Program-made: the position numbers and the translations under genes | Source of the DNA: Acidimicrobiia bacterium | Lineage (GTDB): Bacteria > Actinomycetota > Acidimicrobiia > Spongiisociales > JAENVV01 | Direction of reading: 5' to 3' | DNA: 50,577 nucleotides | Assembly: GCA_041577335.1 (NCBI GenBank) | Contig: JBFGJH010000003.1 | Location: 62,001-112,577 of the forward strand | Notes under the pieces: generated by a model | Databases searched by the model: none | Told to the model about the DNA's origin: nothing | What the model saw: only the letters and a program-made list of their open reading frames with translations | In this document: positions 28,894 to 38,733 of the stretch, piece after piece | Layout: each line of letters begins with the position of its first letter | Position numbering within the stretch: position 1 is the stretch's first letter

Positions 28894-29634
28894 GTGCCCG
28901 GTGACAAAGACATCATCGTCTGCCAAGGCGTGAAGAAATGGTTCGGTGATTTTCAGGCCTTGCACGGCGTGGATCTGAGCGTCAAAGAGCAGGAAGTGGT
29001 GGTCATCATTGGGCCGTCGGGTTCCGGCAAGTCAACGTTCATCCGGTGTATCAACCGGCTTGAGGTCCACCAGGAGGGCACGATCCAGGTGGACGGGATC
29101 GAGCTCACCAACGACCTGAGGAATATCGAAGCCATCCGCTCCGAGGTCGGCATGGTGTTCCAGTCGTTCAACCTCTTTCCTCACCTCACCGTCCTCGACA
29201 ACATCACGCTTGGGCCAATTTGGGTTCGGAAGCACTCGCGGACCGAAGCCGAGGAGATCGGACGCCGGCTTCTGGACCGCGTTGGTATTCCAGAACAGGC
29301 CGACAAGTACCCCGGCCAGCTGTCCGGTGGCCAGCAGCAGCGCGTCGCCATCGCTCGGGCATTGGCGATGGAACCGAAGGTCATGCTCTTCGACGAGCCC
29401 ACTTCGGCGCTCGACCCGGAGATGGTGAAAGAAGTGCTCGACACCATGAAGGAGCTGGCCAGTTCCGGAATGACCATGCTGGTTGTGACTCACGAGATGG
29501 GCTTTGCCCGAGAGGTGGCCGACCGGGTGCTCTTCTTCGACTATGGCTCGCTCGTGGAGGAAGGCACCCCCGAACACTTCTTCACCACCCCCCAGCACGA
29601 CCGCACGAAACTGTTCTTGTCCCAGATTCTGTAG
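28894..29634 (+). CDS. aapP: Amino acid ABC transporter ATP-binding protein (AapP)
   Basis: [45 protein letters not shown]. Confidence 0.95.
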   Translation: MPGDKDIIVCQGVKKWFGDFQALHGVDLSVKEQEVVVIIGPSGSGKSTFIRCINRLEVHQEGTIQVDGIELTNDLRNIEAIRSEVGMVFQSFNLFPHLTVLDNITLGPIWVRKHSRTEAEEIGRRLLDRVGIPEQADKYPGQLSGGQQQRVAIARALAMEPKVMLFDEPTSALDPEMVKEVLDTMKELASSGMTMLVVTHEMGFAREVADRVLFFDYGSLVEEGTPEHFFTTPQHDRTKLFLSQIL

Positions 29635-29818
29635 TTGTGGCAGAAGGCTGAAAGCGTTGTGCAGTCGGGCCGGCTTGGCCGGCACGCCACGACCGCACGA
29701 AGCTGTTCCTGTCCCAGATTCTGTAGTCGTGGCAGAGCGCTGAAGGTGTTCTGCGGTCGTGATGGCGGAGCCGGCACGCCATGATCGTTCGAAGTTGTTC
29801 TTGTCCCAGATTCTGTAA
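29596..29818 (+). repeat. 92-bp tandem repeat (2.4 copies) containing the aapP 3' end
   Basis: Units start at 29596, 29688 and 29780; each begins with 39 nt encoding HDR(T/S)[12 protein letters not shown]. Confidence 0.95.
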
Positions 29819-29824
29819 CTAGTT

Positions 29825-29845
29825 CCCCCAAACCAGGGTTGGGGG
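29825..29845 (+). terminator. Putative terminator hairpin after the last repeat copy
   Basis: CCCCC(A)AACC-AG-GGTTGGGGG, 6 nt after the TAA of copy 3; no strong U-tract. Confidence 0.5.
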
Positions 29846-29955
29846 TTGCAGTCTTGTGGCCGCGGGCTGGGTAGTTCAGAACGCAACCATCACCGTGAGC
29901 AAGCCCACACCTACACGCCCGGCGGTATGCGTTTTCGAGCGTTAACCTGTGCGAC

Positions 29956-31293
29956 ATGACTTCCCGCATTCCTCTTCTTGCGGTGGCGTTCGCCCTGCTG
30001 GCCGGCGCTTGTTCGGCCAGCAGCAGCACGGCGGCTACAACGACGCCCCCCGAGGCGCCGGCGACGACAGCGGGTGCCACGGCCACGGTTGTCTCCTCGA
30101 CCTTGGCGCCAACCCCAACCACGACGACCACTCTCAGTCCCACGGTTGCGCTGCCGGCCGAAGCCGACTCCTTCGGCTATCGAATCGAATTCGACGCTGT
30201 TGTCAGTGAACGGGGATCGACCGACATTCTCTACTCCTCGCTCATCGATGGCGTGATCGTTGCCGGTTCCGATGCGTTCGAGTCCCGGGAGTGGTTTGGC
30301 ACCCAGTTGGTCCGCGAAGAGGCCTATGTGGTCATCGGGAACGGTGGGTGGGTCAAGGAGGACCGAAAGCCATGGCGTGAGCTCGATGCGATCGATGTTC
30401 TCGGAATCAAGTCCAGCACGGTGACCCCCACCGACTTCGCTGCGGTGTACGACGTCGTGAACGAGCTCGAATGGCAGGTACGGCCGTATGAGGGGGGAAT
30501 GGCTCGTGTCTACCGGCTGCCATCCGACCGGGCGGACGACCTCAGCGTTTGGCTTCCCGATATCGTCTCCCAGGATCTCTTCGGCGTCGAGGAATACGAG
30601 CTGGAACTCTGGATCGACGCCGAGTCCGAGTACGTCGTGCTGATGGATTTGCAGGCTCGCGGCCCCGAATCGATGCTCTCGGACGGAGCGATCACCGAGT
30701 CGGGCGGAGGCGATCTCGAGCTGGCGGTCGTCTACGAATTCTTCGATATCAACAGCACGCAAACCGCTGCTCCGAGTGCGCCGACCATTGTCCCGTCAGA
30801 CGCTCCTGATGGGTTTTACCTGTTCGAAGCTGACGAGTTCGGCTTCTCACTGAATGCTCCGCTTGATTGGACGCTGTTCCCACCCGAGAGTTTCGACGGA
30901 TATGAGATTCCGTTCGCAGCCGCGCCTTCGATCGATGTGCCCAACGACTCCTATTTCTCGGTTGCCATCGAAGATCTCTCCGACTCCCAGGGCTTGCGTG
31001 TGGCCGAGTACGCCGAGCTGAACCTTCGGTTCATCACGCCTTTCGACGGCCAGGTAGAGCTGGTGACCTCCGAACAGGTCGATTTCTCCGGGATGCCAGG
31101 TTGGTTGACGGTTGCCAACATCACAGGGCCCGACGAGTCGTTCACCGTGAGAACCGTCACCGTGATCGATGGCTCGCTTGGCTACTCGATCGAGTTCTAT
31201 TCGTGGGACGATTGGTATGAGGTCGACTTCGAGGCTGCCGAGGAGATGTTTGACTCGTTTGAGTTGTTCGACCCAGCGGGCTCCTCGACCTAG
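29956..31293 (+). CDS. Acidic secreted lipoprotein, unknown function (C-terminal PsbP/Mog1-like domain suspected)
   Basis: Lipobox LLAGAC, Thr/Pro/Ala linker, two globular domains; the second starts with FGFSLNAPLDW. Confidence 0.75.
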   Translation: MTSRIPLLAVAFALLAGACSASSSTAATTTPPEAPATTAGATATVVSSTLAPTPTTTTTLSPTVALPAEADSFGYRIEFDAVVSERGSTDILYSSLIDGVIVAGSDAFESREWFGTQLVREEAYVVIGNGGWVKEDRKPWRELDAIDVLGIKSSTVTPTDFAAVYDVVNELEWQVRPYEGGMARVYRLPSDRADDLSVWLPDIVSQDLFGVEEYELELWIDAESEYVVLMDLQARGPESMLSDGAITESGGGDLELAVVYEFFDINSTQTAAPSAPTIVPSDAPDGFYLFEADEFGFSLNAPLDWTLFPPESFDGYEIPFAAAPSIDVPNDSYFSVAIEDLSDSQGLRVAEYAELNLRFITPFDGQVELVTSEQVDFSGMPGWLTVANITGPDESFTVRTVTVIDGSLGYSIEFYSWDDWYEVDFEAAEEMFDSFELFDPAGSST

Positions 31294-31377
31294 GTCCTCC
31301 CTCACGCCAGGACATCGAGGCCGCAGCGCTGGACCGGGTCGGTGATGAACCGCAATCCCTGCCCTAGCCTGTCGCCT

Positions 31378-31806
31378 ATGGATGTGCATTTCTCGCCCGA
31401 AGGTCCGCCCGACATCGTGTTGCCGGAGGTAGAGGCAGCCTTGGCCTCGAGACTCGAGGAAGCACGAGGCGACCGCGACCGACTCGCTGTCGTGATCGCC
31501 GAGGATCCCACATTCTTGGCGGCGTGGGCGGCGCTCGGCGACGCTGCCGCCGATGCCGCGACCTCCGGAGCTGTGGAGGCATACGCCTATTACCGGGTGG
31601 GCTACCACCGCGGCCTCGATGCTTTGCGAAAGAACGGATGGAAGGGGAGTGGCTTCGTACGTTGGTCTGCGGAGCCCAACCGTGGGTTCCTCCGCTGCTT
31701 GGAGGGCTTGGGTCGCATGGCTGTAGTGCTCGGAGAGGACCACGAGGCGACGAGGTGTGGCGAATTCCTTCGTCAGCTCGACCCGAGCGGGCCTTGGGCG
31801 AATTGA
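31378..31806 (+). CDS. DUF3151 family protein
   Basis: AYAYYRVGYHRGLDALRKNGWKGSG.V.W..EPNRGFLR. Confidence 0.92.
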   Translation: MDVHFSPEGPPDIVLPEVEAALASRLEEARGDRDRLAVVIAEDPTFLAAWAALGDAAADAATSGAVEAYAYYRVGYHRGLDALRKNGWKGSGFVRWSAEPNRGFLRCLEGLGRMAVVLGEDHEATRCGEFLRQLDPSGPWAN

Positions 31807-31834
31807 ACAATTGGCGGCTACAAGAGGTGGACGA

Positions 31835-33097
31835 GTGTCGGTCTCTCTGAGCTCTGCCGAGCAGGCCATCCTCGAAGGCTCCGATGGGGAAGGCTCGGCG
31901 TTGGCCATGCGCATCGTGGTGGCGTTGGGCGAAGTGCTCGGTGCCGAAAACCTCTTGCCGATCAGCGGTGCGCACGTCGACGGCTGTTTGTTCGTTGGCC
32001 AAGCCAGCCTCGACTTTGCCGAGCGCCTGGTGATGGCGGGCGCTCGGGTCTCGGTGCCCACCACGCTCAACATTTCTTCTCTCGACCTCCTCCATCCCGA
32101 GCTGTTCCGAGGTGCTGATGCGACGGCAGCATCCGCCCGGCAGCTCATGGTGGCCTATGAAGCGCTTGGTTGTACACCCACTTGGACCTGCGCCCCCTAT
32201 CAGTTGGCCAACCGTCCGACCTTCGGCGATCACGTGGCGTGGGGGGAGTCGAACGCCATCGTGTTCGCCAACTCGGTGTTGGGGGCGCGGACCAACCGCT
32301 ATGGTGACCTGATCGATATTTGCGCTGCGGTGACGGGGCGCGTTCCGAATGCCGGCCTGCACCGCACCGAATTACGACGTGGTCAGGCTGTTTTCGACGT
32401 TGCCGGCCTGCCCGAGCGCCTCCTGGAGGAAGATATCTTGTTTCCGTTGCTTGGCCTCCACGTCGGAGCCGCGACCGGCGATCAGGTTCCGGTGGTGGTC
32501 GGGCTTCCCGGGGCCGACGAAGACCAGCTCAAGGCCTTCGGCGCTTCGGCAGCGACAAGCGGTTCGGTCGGGCTCTTTCATGCCGTCGGGATCACTCCCG
32601 AAGCGCCTGATCTTGCCACAGCACTCCACGGCCGACCGGCGGAAGGCCGGTCCGAGGTCACGTTGGCAGATCTTCGCCGGGCCCGCGATCAGATCAATGG
32701 ATCGCCAGACGCAGTCCTCGGCGCTGTGTCGGTGGGAACCCCGCACTATTCACTGCGGCAGATCGAGGAGCTGGTCCGGTTGCTGGCGGGACGATCAGTC
32801 CATGAATCCGTGCGCTTTTACATGTCGACGGGCCGGGACACGCTGTCTGAGGCGGAAGCGGCAGGCTGGGTGAGTCAACTCGAGGCGAACGGAGTTCAGC
32901 CGGTGGCAGACACGTGCACGTATGTGACGCCCATCATCGATGGCGCCGCCGGCACCGTGATGACGGATTCTGCGAAGTGGGCGTACTACGCCCCTGGCAA
33001 CATCGGCGTGGCGGTGGCGTTTGGGAGCGTCGCGGACTGCGTTGAGTCGGCCGTGACCGGTCGAATGGTGTTTGATGGGAGCTTGTGGGATGGGTGA
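31835..33097 (+). CDS. Aconitase X catalytic subunit (DUF521)
   Basis: AHVDG, PTTLN, TCAPY, WGESNAIVFANSVLGARTNRY, FHAVGITPEA, GTPH, DTC, TDSAKWAYY. Confidence 0.92.
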   Translation: MSVSLSSAEQAILEGSDGEGSALAMRIVVALGEVLGAENLLPISGAHVDGCLFVGQASLDFAERLVMAGARVSVPTTLNISSLDLLHPELFRGADATAASARQLMVAYEALGCTPTWTCAPYQLANRPTFGDHVAWGESNAIVFANSVLGARTNRYGDLIDICAAVTGRVPNAGLHRTELRRGQAVFDVAGLPERLLEEDILFPLLGLHVGAATGDQVPVVVGLPGADEDQLKAFGASAATSGSVGLFHAVGITPEAPDLATALHGRPAEGRSEVTLADLRRARDQINGSPDAVLGAVSVGTPHYSLRQIEELVRLLAGRSVHESVRFYMSTGRDTLSEAEAAGWVSQLEANGVQPVADTCTYVTPIIDGAAGTVMTDSAKWAYYAPGNIGVAVAFGSVADCVESAVTGRMVFDGSLWDG

Positions 33098-33500
33098 GAG
33101 GCCCGTCGTCGTCGCCGGAGCTGTCTCGGGCTTGGCTCTTGTGCTCGACGAGCCGCTCAGCCTATGGGGCGGGCTCGATCCTGTTACAGGAACGATCATC
33201 GACCAGCACCACCCACAGACCGGGCAATCCGTCACAGGCAAAGTGCTCGTCCTGCCTTCTGGTCGCGGGTCCAGCGGAGGTTCGTCAGTCCTCGCAGAAT
33301 CGGTGCGCGCCGGGGTTGGCCCGGCCGCAGTGATCCTGGCTGTCCCCGATCCGATCTTGGTAGTCGGCGGAGTGGTGTTGGCCGAACTCTATCCGGACCA
33401 GGCAATCCCCATCGTTGTCGCTGACCCGTCCACGTTTGCGGACCTTCGGACGGGAGCGACCGTGTCTATCGATGAGAACGGTCGGATCAGCGGCTCGTAG
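33090..33500 (+). CDS. Aconitase X swivel subunit (DUF126)
   Basis: LSLWGGLDP.TG.IID..HP, GRGSSGGS. Confidence 0.92.
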   Translation: MGERPVVVAGAVSGLALVLDEPLSLWGGLDPVTGTIIDQHHPQTGQSVTGKVLVLPSGRGSSGGSSVLAESVRAGVGPAAVILAVPDPILVVGGVVLAELYPDQAIPIVVADPSTFADLRTGATVSIDENGRISGS

Positions 33501-33524
33501 ATCCGGCGGCCACCCCGACCCCCG

Positions 33525-36092
33525 TTAGGAGAGAACCAGCTCGCCTTGAGCGACGTCGACCTTCACGGTTGCGCCATCGTCGTATGTTCCGTCGAGCAGC
33601 TTCACCGCCAAAGGGTTGACGATGTCGGTCTGGATGAGGCGCTTGAGCGGTCTCGCACCATAGGCCGGGCTGTACCCGTGCTCAGCCAACCAGTCCAACC
33701 CGGTGTCGCTGACCTCCAGAGTGATGCGCCGATCGTCCAGGCGACCTTGCACGAGGGCGAGTTGGATGTCGACGATTCTGCGAAGATCGGCCACCGACAG
33801 CCGGTGGAACACGATGAGGTCGTCGACCCGGTTCAGGAATTCGGGGCGGAAGTGATTGCGCACGACGCCAAGCACTCGTTCCTGCACGACCTCCTCGGGC
33901 AGGTCGGGCTCGATGAGTTCGGATCCCAAGTTCGACGTCATGATCAACACAGCGTTGGTGAAGTCAACTGTCCGACCCTGGCCATCGGTGAGGCGTCCGT
34001 CGTCGAGGAGCTGCAGGAGGGTATTGAACACGTCGGGGTGGGCCTTCTCCACCTCATCGAGCAGGATGACGCTGTAGGGGCGTCTGCGAACTGCCTCGGT
34101 GAGCTGGCCGCCTTCGTCATACCCCACATATCCCGGCGGGGCTCCGATGAGTCGTGCCACCGAGTGTTTTTCCATGTACTCGGACATGTCGACGCGGACC
34201 ATGGCCTGATCGTCATCGAACAGGAACTGGGCCAGTGCTCGGGCGAGTTCTGTCTTGCCAACTCCTGTCGGGCCCAGAAACACAAAAGATCCGATGGGCC
34301 TATTGGGGTCGGCAAGCCCTGCCCGGCTCCGCCGGATGGCGTCGGCGACAGCTCGGACAGCCTGGTCCTGGCCGATCACACGCTCGTGGAGGTGTTCCTC
34401 GAGTCGCACGAGCTTGCTGATCTCACCCTCCATGAGGCGCGAGACGGGCACTCCGGTCCACCGCGAAACCACCTCGGCGACGTGTTCGTCGTCGACCTCT
34501 TCGGTGAGCATGCGGGTCTCCGACTGGAGGTCGGCAAGGGCATCCTGCTGGTCGGTCAGTTGCCGGGTGAGCTCTGGCAGCGTGCCGTAGCGAAGCTCGG
34601 CGGCCTTGTCGAGATCGCCTTCCCGCTCTGCGCGTTCGGCATTCGCTCTGGCCTGCTCGGTCTCTTCTTTGAGCTCGCGGATTGCAGAGATGGCGTCCTT
34701 CTCGAGGGTCCAGTGGGCCTTGAGTGTGTCGGCTTCTTCGACGAGGTTGGCGCGCTCCTTTTCCAGTGCCTCCAATCGGGCGGCCGACACGGAGTCGGTT
34801 TCCTTCTGGAGAGCCGCTCGTTCGATCTCGAGCTGGCGAATGCGCCGCTCGAGCTCGTCGATCTCCTGGGGCATGGAGTCGATCTCGATGCGGAGCCGGC
34901 TTCCGGCTTCGTCGATGAGGTCGATGGCTTTGTCGGGAAGGTGGCGCCCCGTGATGTACCGATCGGAGAGCACGGCCGCCGCGACCAGCGCCGAGTCCTG
35001 GATACGAACGCCGTGATGGACCTCGTATCGTTCCTTCAGCCCACGCAAGATCCCCACGGTATCTTCGACCGTTGGCGGTTCGACGAGCACCGGCTGGAAT
35101 CGACGCTCGAGGGCGGCGTCCTTCTCGACGTATTTGCGGTATTCGTCGAGGGTGGTTGCCCCAATCATCCGCAGCTCTCCGCGAGCCAGCATCGGCTTCA
35201 ACATGTTGGAGGCGTCCATGGCACCTTCGGCGGCGCCCGCTCCCACGATGGTGTGCATCTCGTCGATGAAAGTCACGACGCGACCTTCAGACGCAGTGAT
35301 CTCCTCGAGGACAGCCTTGAGGCGTTCCTCGAACTCGCCTCGATATTTGGCGCCGGCAACGAGGGCGCTGAGGTCCACCGCGACGATCTTGCGGTTCTTC
35401 AACCCTTCGGGGACGTCGCCGTCGGCGATTCTCTGGGCGAGGCCTTCCACGATTGCCGTCTTGCCCACGCCTGGCTCGCCAATGAGGACCGGGTTGTTCT
35501 TGGTGCGCCGAGAGAGCACTTGAATGACTCGGCGGATCTCGTCATCGCGACCGATCACTGGATCCAGCTTCTGCTGGCGAGCGGCGTCGGTGAGATCACG
35601 GCCGTACTGCTCGAGGGCGTTGTAGGTGGACTCCGGGTCTTGGCTCGTCACCCGGTGGCTGCCACGCACCTCGTCGAGCGCTGTGCTGAACCTTTGGCGG
35701 GTCACTCCGAACTCGGTGAGGATCCTGGCGGCATCGGAGCCGCTCTCGATCAGGGCGATGAGAAGGTGCTCGATGGAGAGGTAATCGTCGCCCATGGCCG
35801 AGCGAACGTTGTCGGCGTCACTCACCACGGCCGTGCTCTCTTTGTCGAACTCGGCTGGCGTGTTGCCGTACACGTGCGGGAGCCGATCGAGGTTCTCGTC
35901 CAGGCGGGAACGGAGCGTTGTCGGGTTGACGTCGAGTCGGGTGAGGAGCGGGTAGACCATGCCGTCGGTGATGCCGAGGAGCGACCGCAGGAGATGGACC
36001 GGTGTCACGTACTGATGATTCCGATCGGTGGCGAGGTCTCGCGCGCCAATCAGAGCGTTCTGGGAGGCGTGGGTTAGTTTGTTCATGTCCAT
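33525..36092 (-). CDS. clpB: ATP-dependent chaperone ClpB
   Basis: Two AAA modules ([16 protein letters not shown]), [11 protein letters not shown], coiled-coil M domain. Confidence 0.98.
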   Translation of the reverse strand: MDMNKLTHASQNALIGARDLATDRNHQYVTPVHLLRSLLGITDGMVYPLLTRLDVNPTTLRSRLDENLDRLPHVYGNTPAEFDKESTAVVSDADNVRSAMGDDYLSIEHLLIALIESGSDAARILTEFGVTRQRFSTALDEVRGSHRVTSQDPESTYNALEQYGRDLTDAARQQKLDPVIGRDDEIRRVIQVLSRRTKNNPVLIGEPGVGKTAIVEGLAQRIADGDVPEGLKNRKIVAVDLSALVAGAKYRGEFEERLKAVLEEITASEGRVVTFIDEMHTIVGAGAAEGAMDASNMLKPMLARGELRMIGATTLDEYRKYVEKDAALERRFQPVLVEPPTVEDTVGILRGLKERYEVHHGVRIQDSALVAAAVLSDRYITGRHLPDKAIDLIDEAGSRLRIEIDSMPQEIDELERRIRQLEIERAALQKETDSVSAARLEALEKERANLVEEADTLKAHWTLEKDAISAIRELKEETEQARANAERAEREGDLDKAAELRYGTLPELTRQLTDQQDALADLQSETRMLTEEVDDEHVAEVVSRWTGVPVSRLMEGEISKLVRLEEHLHERVIGQDQAVRAVADAIRRSRAGLADPNRPIGSFVFLGPTGVGKTELARALAQFLFDDDQAMVRVDMSEYMEKHSVARLIGAPPGYVGYDEGGQLTEAVRRRPYSVILLDEVEKAHPDVFNTLLQLLDDGRLTDGQGRTVDFTNAVLIMTSNLGSELIEPDLPEEVVQERVLGVVRNHFRPEFLNRVDDLIVFHRLSVADLRRIVDIQLALVQGRLDDRRITLEVSDTGLDWLAEHGYSPAYGARPLKRLIQTDIVNPLAVKLLDGTYDDGATVKVDVAQGELVLS

Positions 36093-36130
36093 GAGCGTGC
36101 TCCTGGCGGCTAGTCTAGGAAGTTATAAGA

Positions 36131-36157
36131 AAATCTGAGTCATAGTATATCAGATTT
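36131..36157. promoter_or_regulatory. HAIR-like HspR operator between clpB and the thioesterase
   Basis: TCTGAGT-N7-TATCAGA (36134-36154) within the AAATCTGA...TCAGATTT inverted repeat; consensus HAIR is CTTGAGT-N7-ACTCAAG. Confidence 0.75.
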
Positions 36158-36166
36158 GGAGGGATA

Positions 36167-36646
36167 GTGAACGCGAAAACTCCGAGCGACAGCGCTACCG
36201 AGATGACCCTGATGATGGGGGTCGAGCAGGCCAACGTTGCGGGATTCGTCCATGGCGGTTCGATCATGAAGCTGGTCGATACGGCCGCAGGAGTGGCCGC
36301 CATGCGCCACGCCAAGGGTCGCGTCGTCACGGCTCAGGTCGACTCCCTCTCGTTTCTGGCTCCCGTCCATATCGGTGATCTTCTCACGATCGAGGCGTTG
36401 ATCACCCAGGCGTGGCGGACCTCGATGGAGGTCGAGGTGACCGTGACTCGAGAAGTGCCGTGGACCGGCGAGGGAGGGCTCACAACCCGCGCCCACCTGA
36501 CCATGGTCGCCGTCGACGGAGACGGCCGACCGGTCCCGATTCCGCCGCTCGATGCCATGACCGAGGCGGAACAGCGACGCCAGCATCAAGCCGAGGTGCG
36601 TCGAGCCGATCGCATACGCCTCCGAGACCAACTCGAAGGCCTCTAG
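36167..36646 (+). CDS. Acyl-CoA thioesterase (hotdog fold, YciA-like)
   Basis: ANVAGFVHGGSIMKLVD, VVTAQVDSLSFLAPVHIGD, TSMEVEV; GGAGG RBS. Confidence 0.92.
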   Translation: MNAKTPSDSATEMTLMMGVEQANVAGFVHGGSIMKLVDTAAGVAAMRHAKGRVVTAQVDSLSFLAPVHIGDLLTIEALITQAWRTSMEVEVTVTREVPWTGEGGLTTRAHLTMVAVDGDGRPVPIPPLDAMTEAEQRRQHQAEVRRADRIRLRDQLEGL

Positions 36647-36789
36647 GACCGTCGAGCGAGCCCCCCCTTGTGTGGGAGCGGAAGGCCCATCGAAGCGTCT
36701 AGCGTCGTGGGTCTCGAGTCGGCGATGGAGCGCGGAGCGGGCCGAGTCAAGCTCTAAAGTTGGCTTTTCGTCCAACCGAGGTACTCATC

Positions 36790-38250
36790 GTGGACAACAC
36801 CTCTGATTTGCGTGTGCTCCTGACCTCACCGGGACCGGTGGTGATGGTGGAAGCCACCGAGGAAGCTCGGTTCATGCGACTCGTCTCCGAGATCGCAGCC
36901 GACCGCGGCCTTGCGGTGTGGACGTGGTCATCGGCGTCGGGATTGAGCAACTCGCTGGGCAATCAGATGTACCAGACCGAGAACCCGCACAAAGCGCTTT
37001 CGTGGATCACCGAGGTGAGCGCTCCCGCCGTCTTCGTGTTCGTCGATGCCCATCCCATTCTCGGCGATCCGAGAGTGGTCCGCAGAATCAAAGAGACGGC
37101 TCGTCAACTCCAACCCACGCAAACCATGGTCTTCACGGCACCTACGCACGACATACCCGCCGAGCTCGTCAGCGAGGCTCGGTTGTGGAAGTTGCGGCCC
37201 CCATCACAGGCTGAGATCGTGGAGCTCATTCACCACACCACCGGAATGCTCGATGAACGTGGATTCCCGGTGTCGATCACAGACGATGATGTGCCGAGGA
37301 TTGCTCGAACGCTGCAGGGCCTGTCCACGGCCGAGGCAGAGCGGATCATCCAAGAGGCGGCGCTGGCCGACGGGGCGCTGTCCGAGCTCGACATTCCATC
37401 GATCCGGGCCGCCAAAGCCGAGCTGTTCGCCGCCGATGGCATTCTCGAGCTGGTGGAGCCCAACGTCGGTTCCCTCGATCAGGTTGGGGGCCTCGATGGC
37501 CTGCGCACGTGGTTGCGCGTGCGCCACGAGGCGCGAGCCGCACCGCAGCTTGCCCTACCGGCCCCGCGGGGCGTCCTGCTCACCGGCGTGCCCGGTTGCG
37601 GCAAGTCCTTGGTTGCCAAGACTCTGGCCAAAAGCTGGGGACAGCCGCTCGTGCTCCTCGATCCAGCTCGGCTGTACTCGAAGTATATCGGCGAGACGGA
37701 GAAGCGCCTCGACCGTGCTCTCGAGGCCACAGGCGCGATGGCGCCGGCCGTGTTGTGGATCGACGAGATCGAGAAGGGCTTCGCCACCGGGGGGAGTTCG
37801 GACGGCGGTGTCTCCACGCGACTACTCGGCTCGTTTCTGCGCTGGATGCAGGATCGTCCCGATGGTGTGTTCGTGGTGGCCACCGCCAACGATGTCCGCA
37901 CGTTGCCGCCGGAGTTCCTGCGGAAGGGGCGGTTTGACGAGATCTTCTTCGTAGACCTCCCTGATCATGGTGCGCGTCGGGCCATCCTCCGACTCCATCT
38001 CGAACAGCGCCAGATCGATCCAACCGGTTTTCCGCTGGACACGCTTGCTGCAATCACGGTGGGGTTTTCGGGGGCGGAGATCGAAGCCGGAGTCGTGGGT
38101 GCTCTCTACCACGCGTTTGCCGAAAGCACGGAGCTCAACGCCGAAGCGCTGGCGATGCAGTATCGGAATACCGTTCCGTTGTCGGTGAGCCGCGCAGAGG
38201 AGATCGCCGCGCTCCGATCCTGGGCCAAAACAAGAGCCGTTCCCGCCTAA
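36790..38250 (+). CDS. AAA+ ATPase, Ycf46-like
   Basis: N-terminal EE.R motif; GVPGCGKSL, LWIDEIEKGF, ATAND...LPPEFLRKGRFDEIFFVDLP, GFSGAEIE, C-terminal LRSWA..RA. Confidence 0.9.
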   Translation: MDNTSDLRVLLTSPGPVVMVEATEEARFMRLVSEIAADRGLAVWTWSSASGLSNSLGNQMYQTENPHKALSWITEVSAPAVFVFVDAHPILGDPRVVRRIKETARQLQPTQTMVFTAPTHDIPAELVSEARLWKLRPPSQAEIVELIHHTTGMLDERGFPVSITDDDVPRIARTLQGLSTAEAERIIQEAALADGALSELDIPSIRAAKAELFAADGILELVEPNVGSLDQVGGLDGLRTWLRVRHEARAAPQLALPAPRGVLLTGVPGCGKSLVAKTLAKSWGQPLVLLDPARLYSKYIGETEKRLDRALEATGAMAPAVLWIDEIEKGFATGGSSDGGVSTRLLGSFLRWMQDRPDGVFVVATANDVRTLPPEFLRKGRFDEIFFVDLPDHGARRAILRLHLEQRQIDPTGFPLDTLAAITVGFSGAEIEAGVVGALYHAFAESTELNAEALAMQYRNTVPLSVSRAEEIAALRSWAKTRAVPA

Positions 38251-38281
38251 CGAGAGGCGAGGCCACTATGGTGTGCCGACC

Positions 38282-38668
38282 ATGCGAGATGCACGACCCG
38301 TCCTTATCTCCGTCAACGAGGTGGAGGCCAACGAAGAGGCCACCGCCACTGTGTTCCTGAGCTATCAGGGCAAAGAGCACGCCGGCCAGGCCACCGGATC
38401 CAGCCACACCCAAGCCCGGCCGCGACTCGTCGGCGAAGCAACTCTGCGGGCGATGGAGGGCGTGAGTGGCGGTCAGCTGAGCCTCGATCTGGCCGCCGTG
38501 GCCACCACCGATGTCGGCGCATACCGCGTTGCCATTGCCCAGGTGGTCGCCAGTGACTCGCCCAATGCGCTGGTCGGTTCGGCCGCCATCCACGAGGACG
38601 ATCCGTCGATGGCGACGGCACGGGCGGTTCTCGACGCGCTCAACCGGCACGTCGCCAGCGTCATCTAG
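38282..38668 (+). CDS. Hypothetical protein
   Basis: Compact ORF between called genes, ending LVGSA...ARAVLDALNR, a pattern seen in small alpha/beta conserved hypotheticals. Confidence 0.7.
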   Translation: MRDARPVLISVNEVEANEEATATVFLSYQGKEHAGQATGSSHTQARPRLVGEATLRAMEGVSGGQLSLDLAAVATTDVGAYRVAIAQVVASDSPNALVGSAAIHEDDPSMATARAVLDALNRHVASVI

Positions 38669-38733
38669 GCATCGGCGCCCCGCAGCCGATTTCAGACACT
38701 GATGGCTGTGGAGCCCAGCACCGACCTCGGAAA

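Noticed and set aside
29596..29818. CRISPR-like repeat-spacer appearance
   Set aside because: The repeat is aapP coding sequence, the spacers are about 75% identical to each other, and no cas genes are present.
33546..36077. 843-aa plus-strand ORF
   Set aside because: Antisense shadow of clpB, common in high-GC genes; no recognisable motifs.
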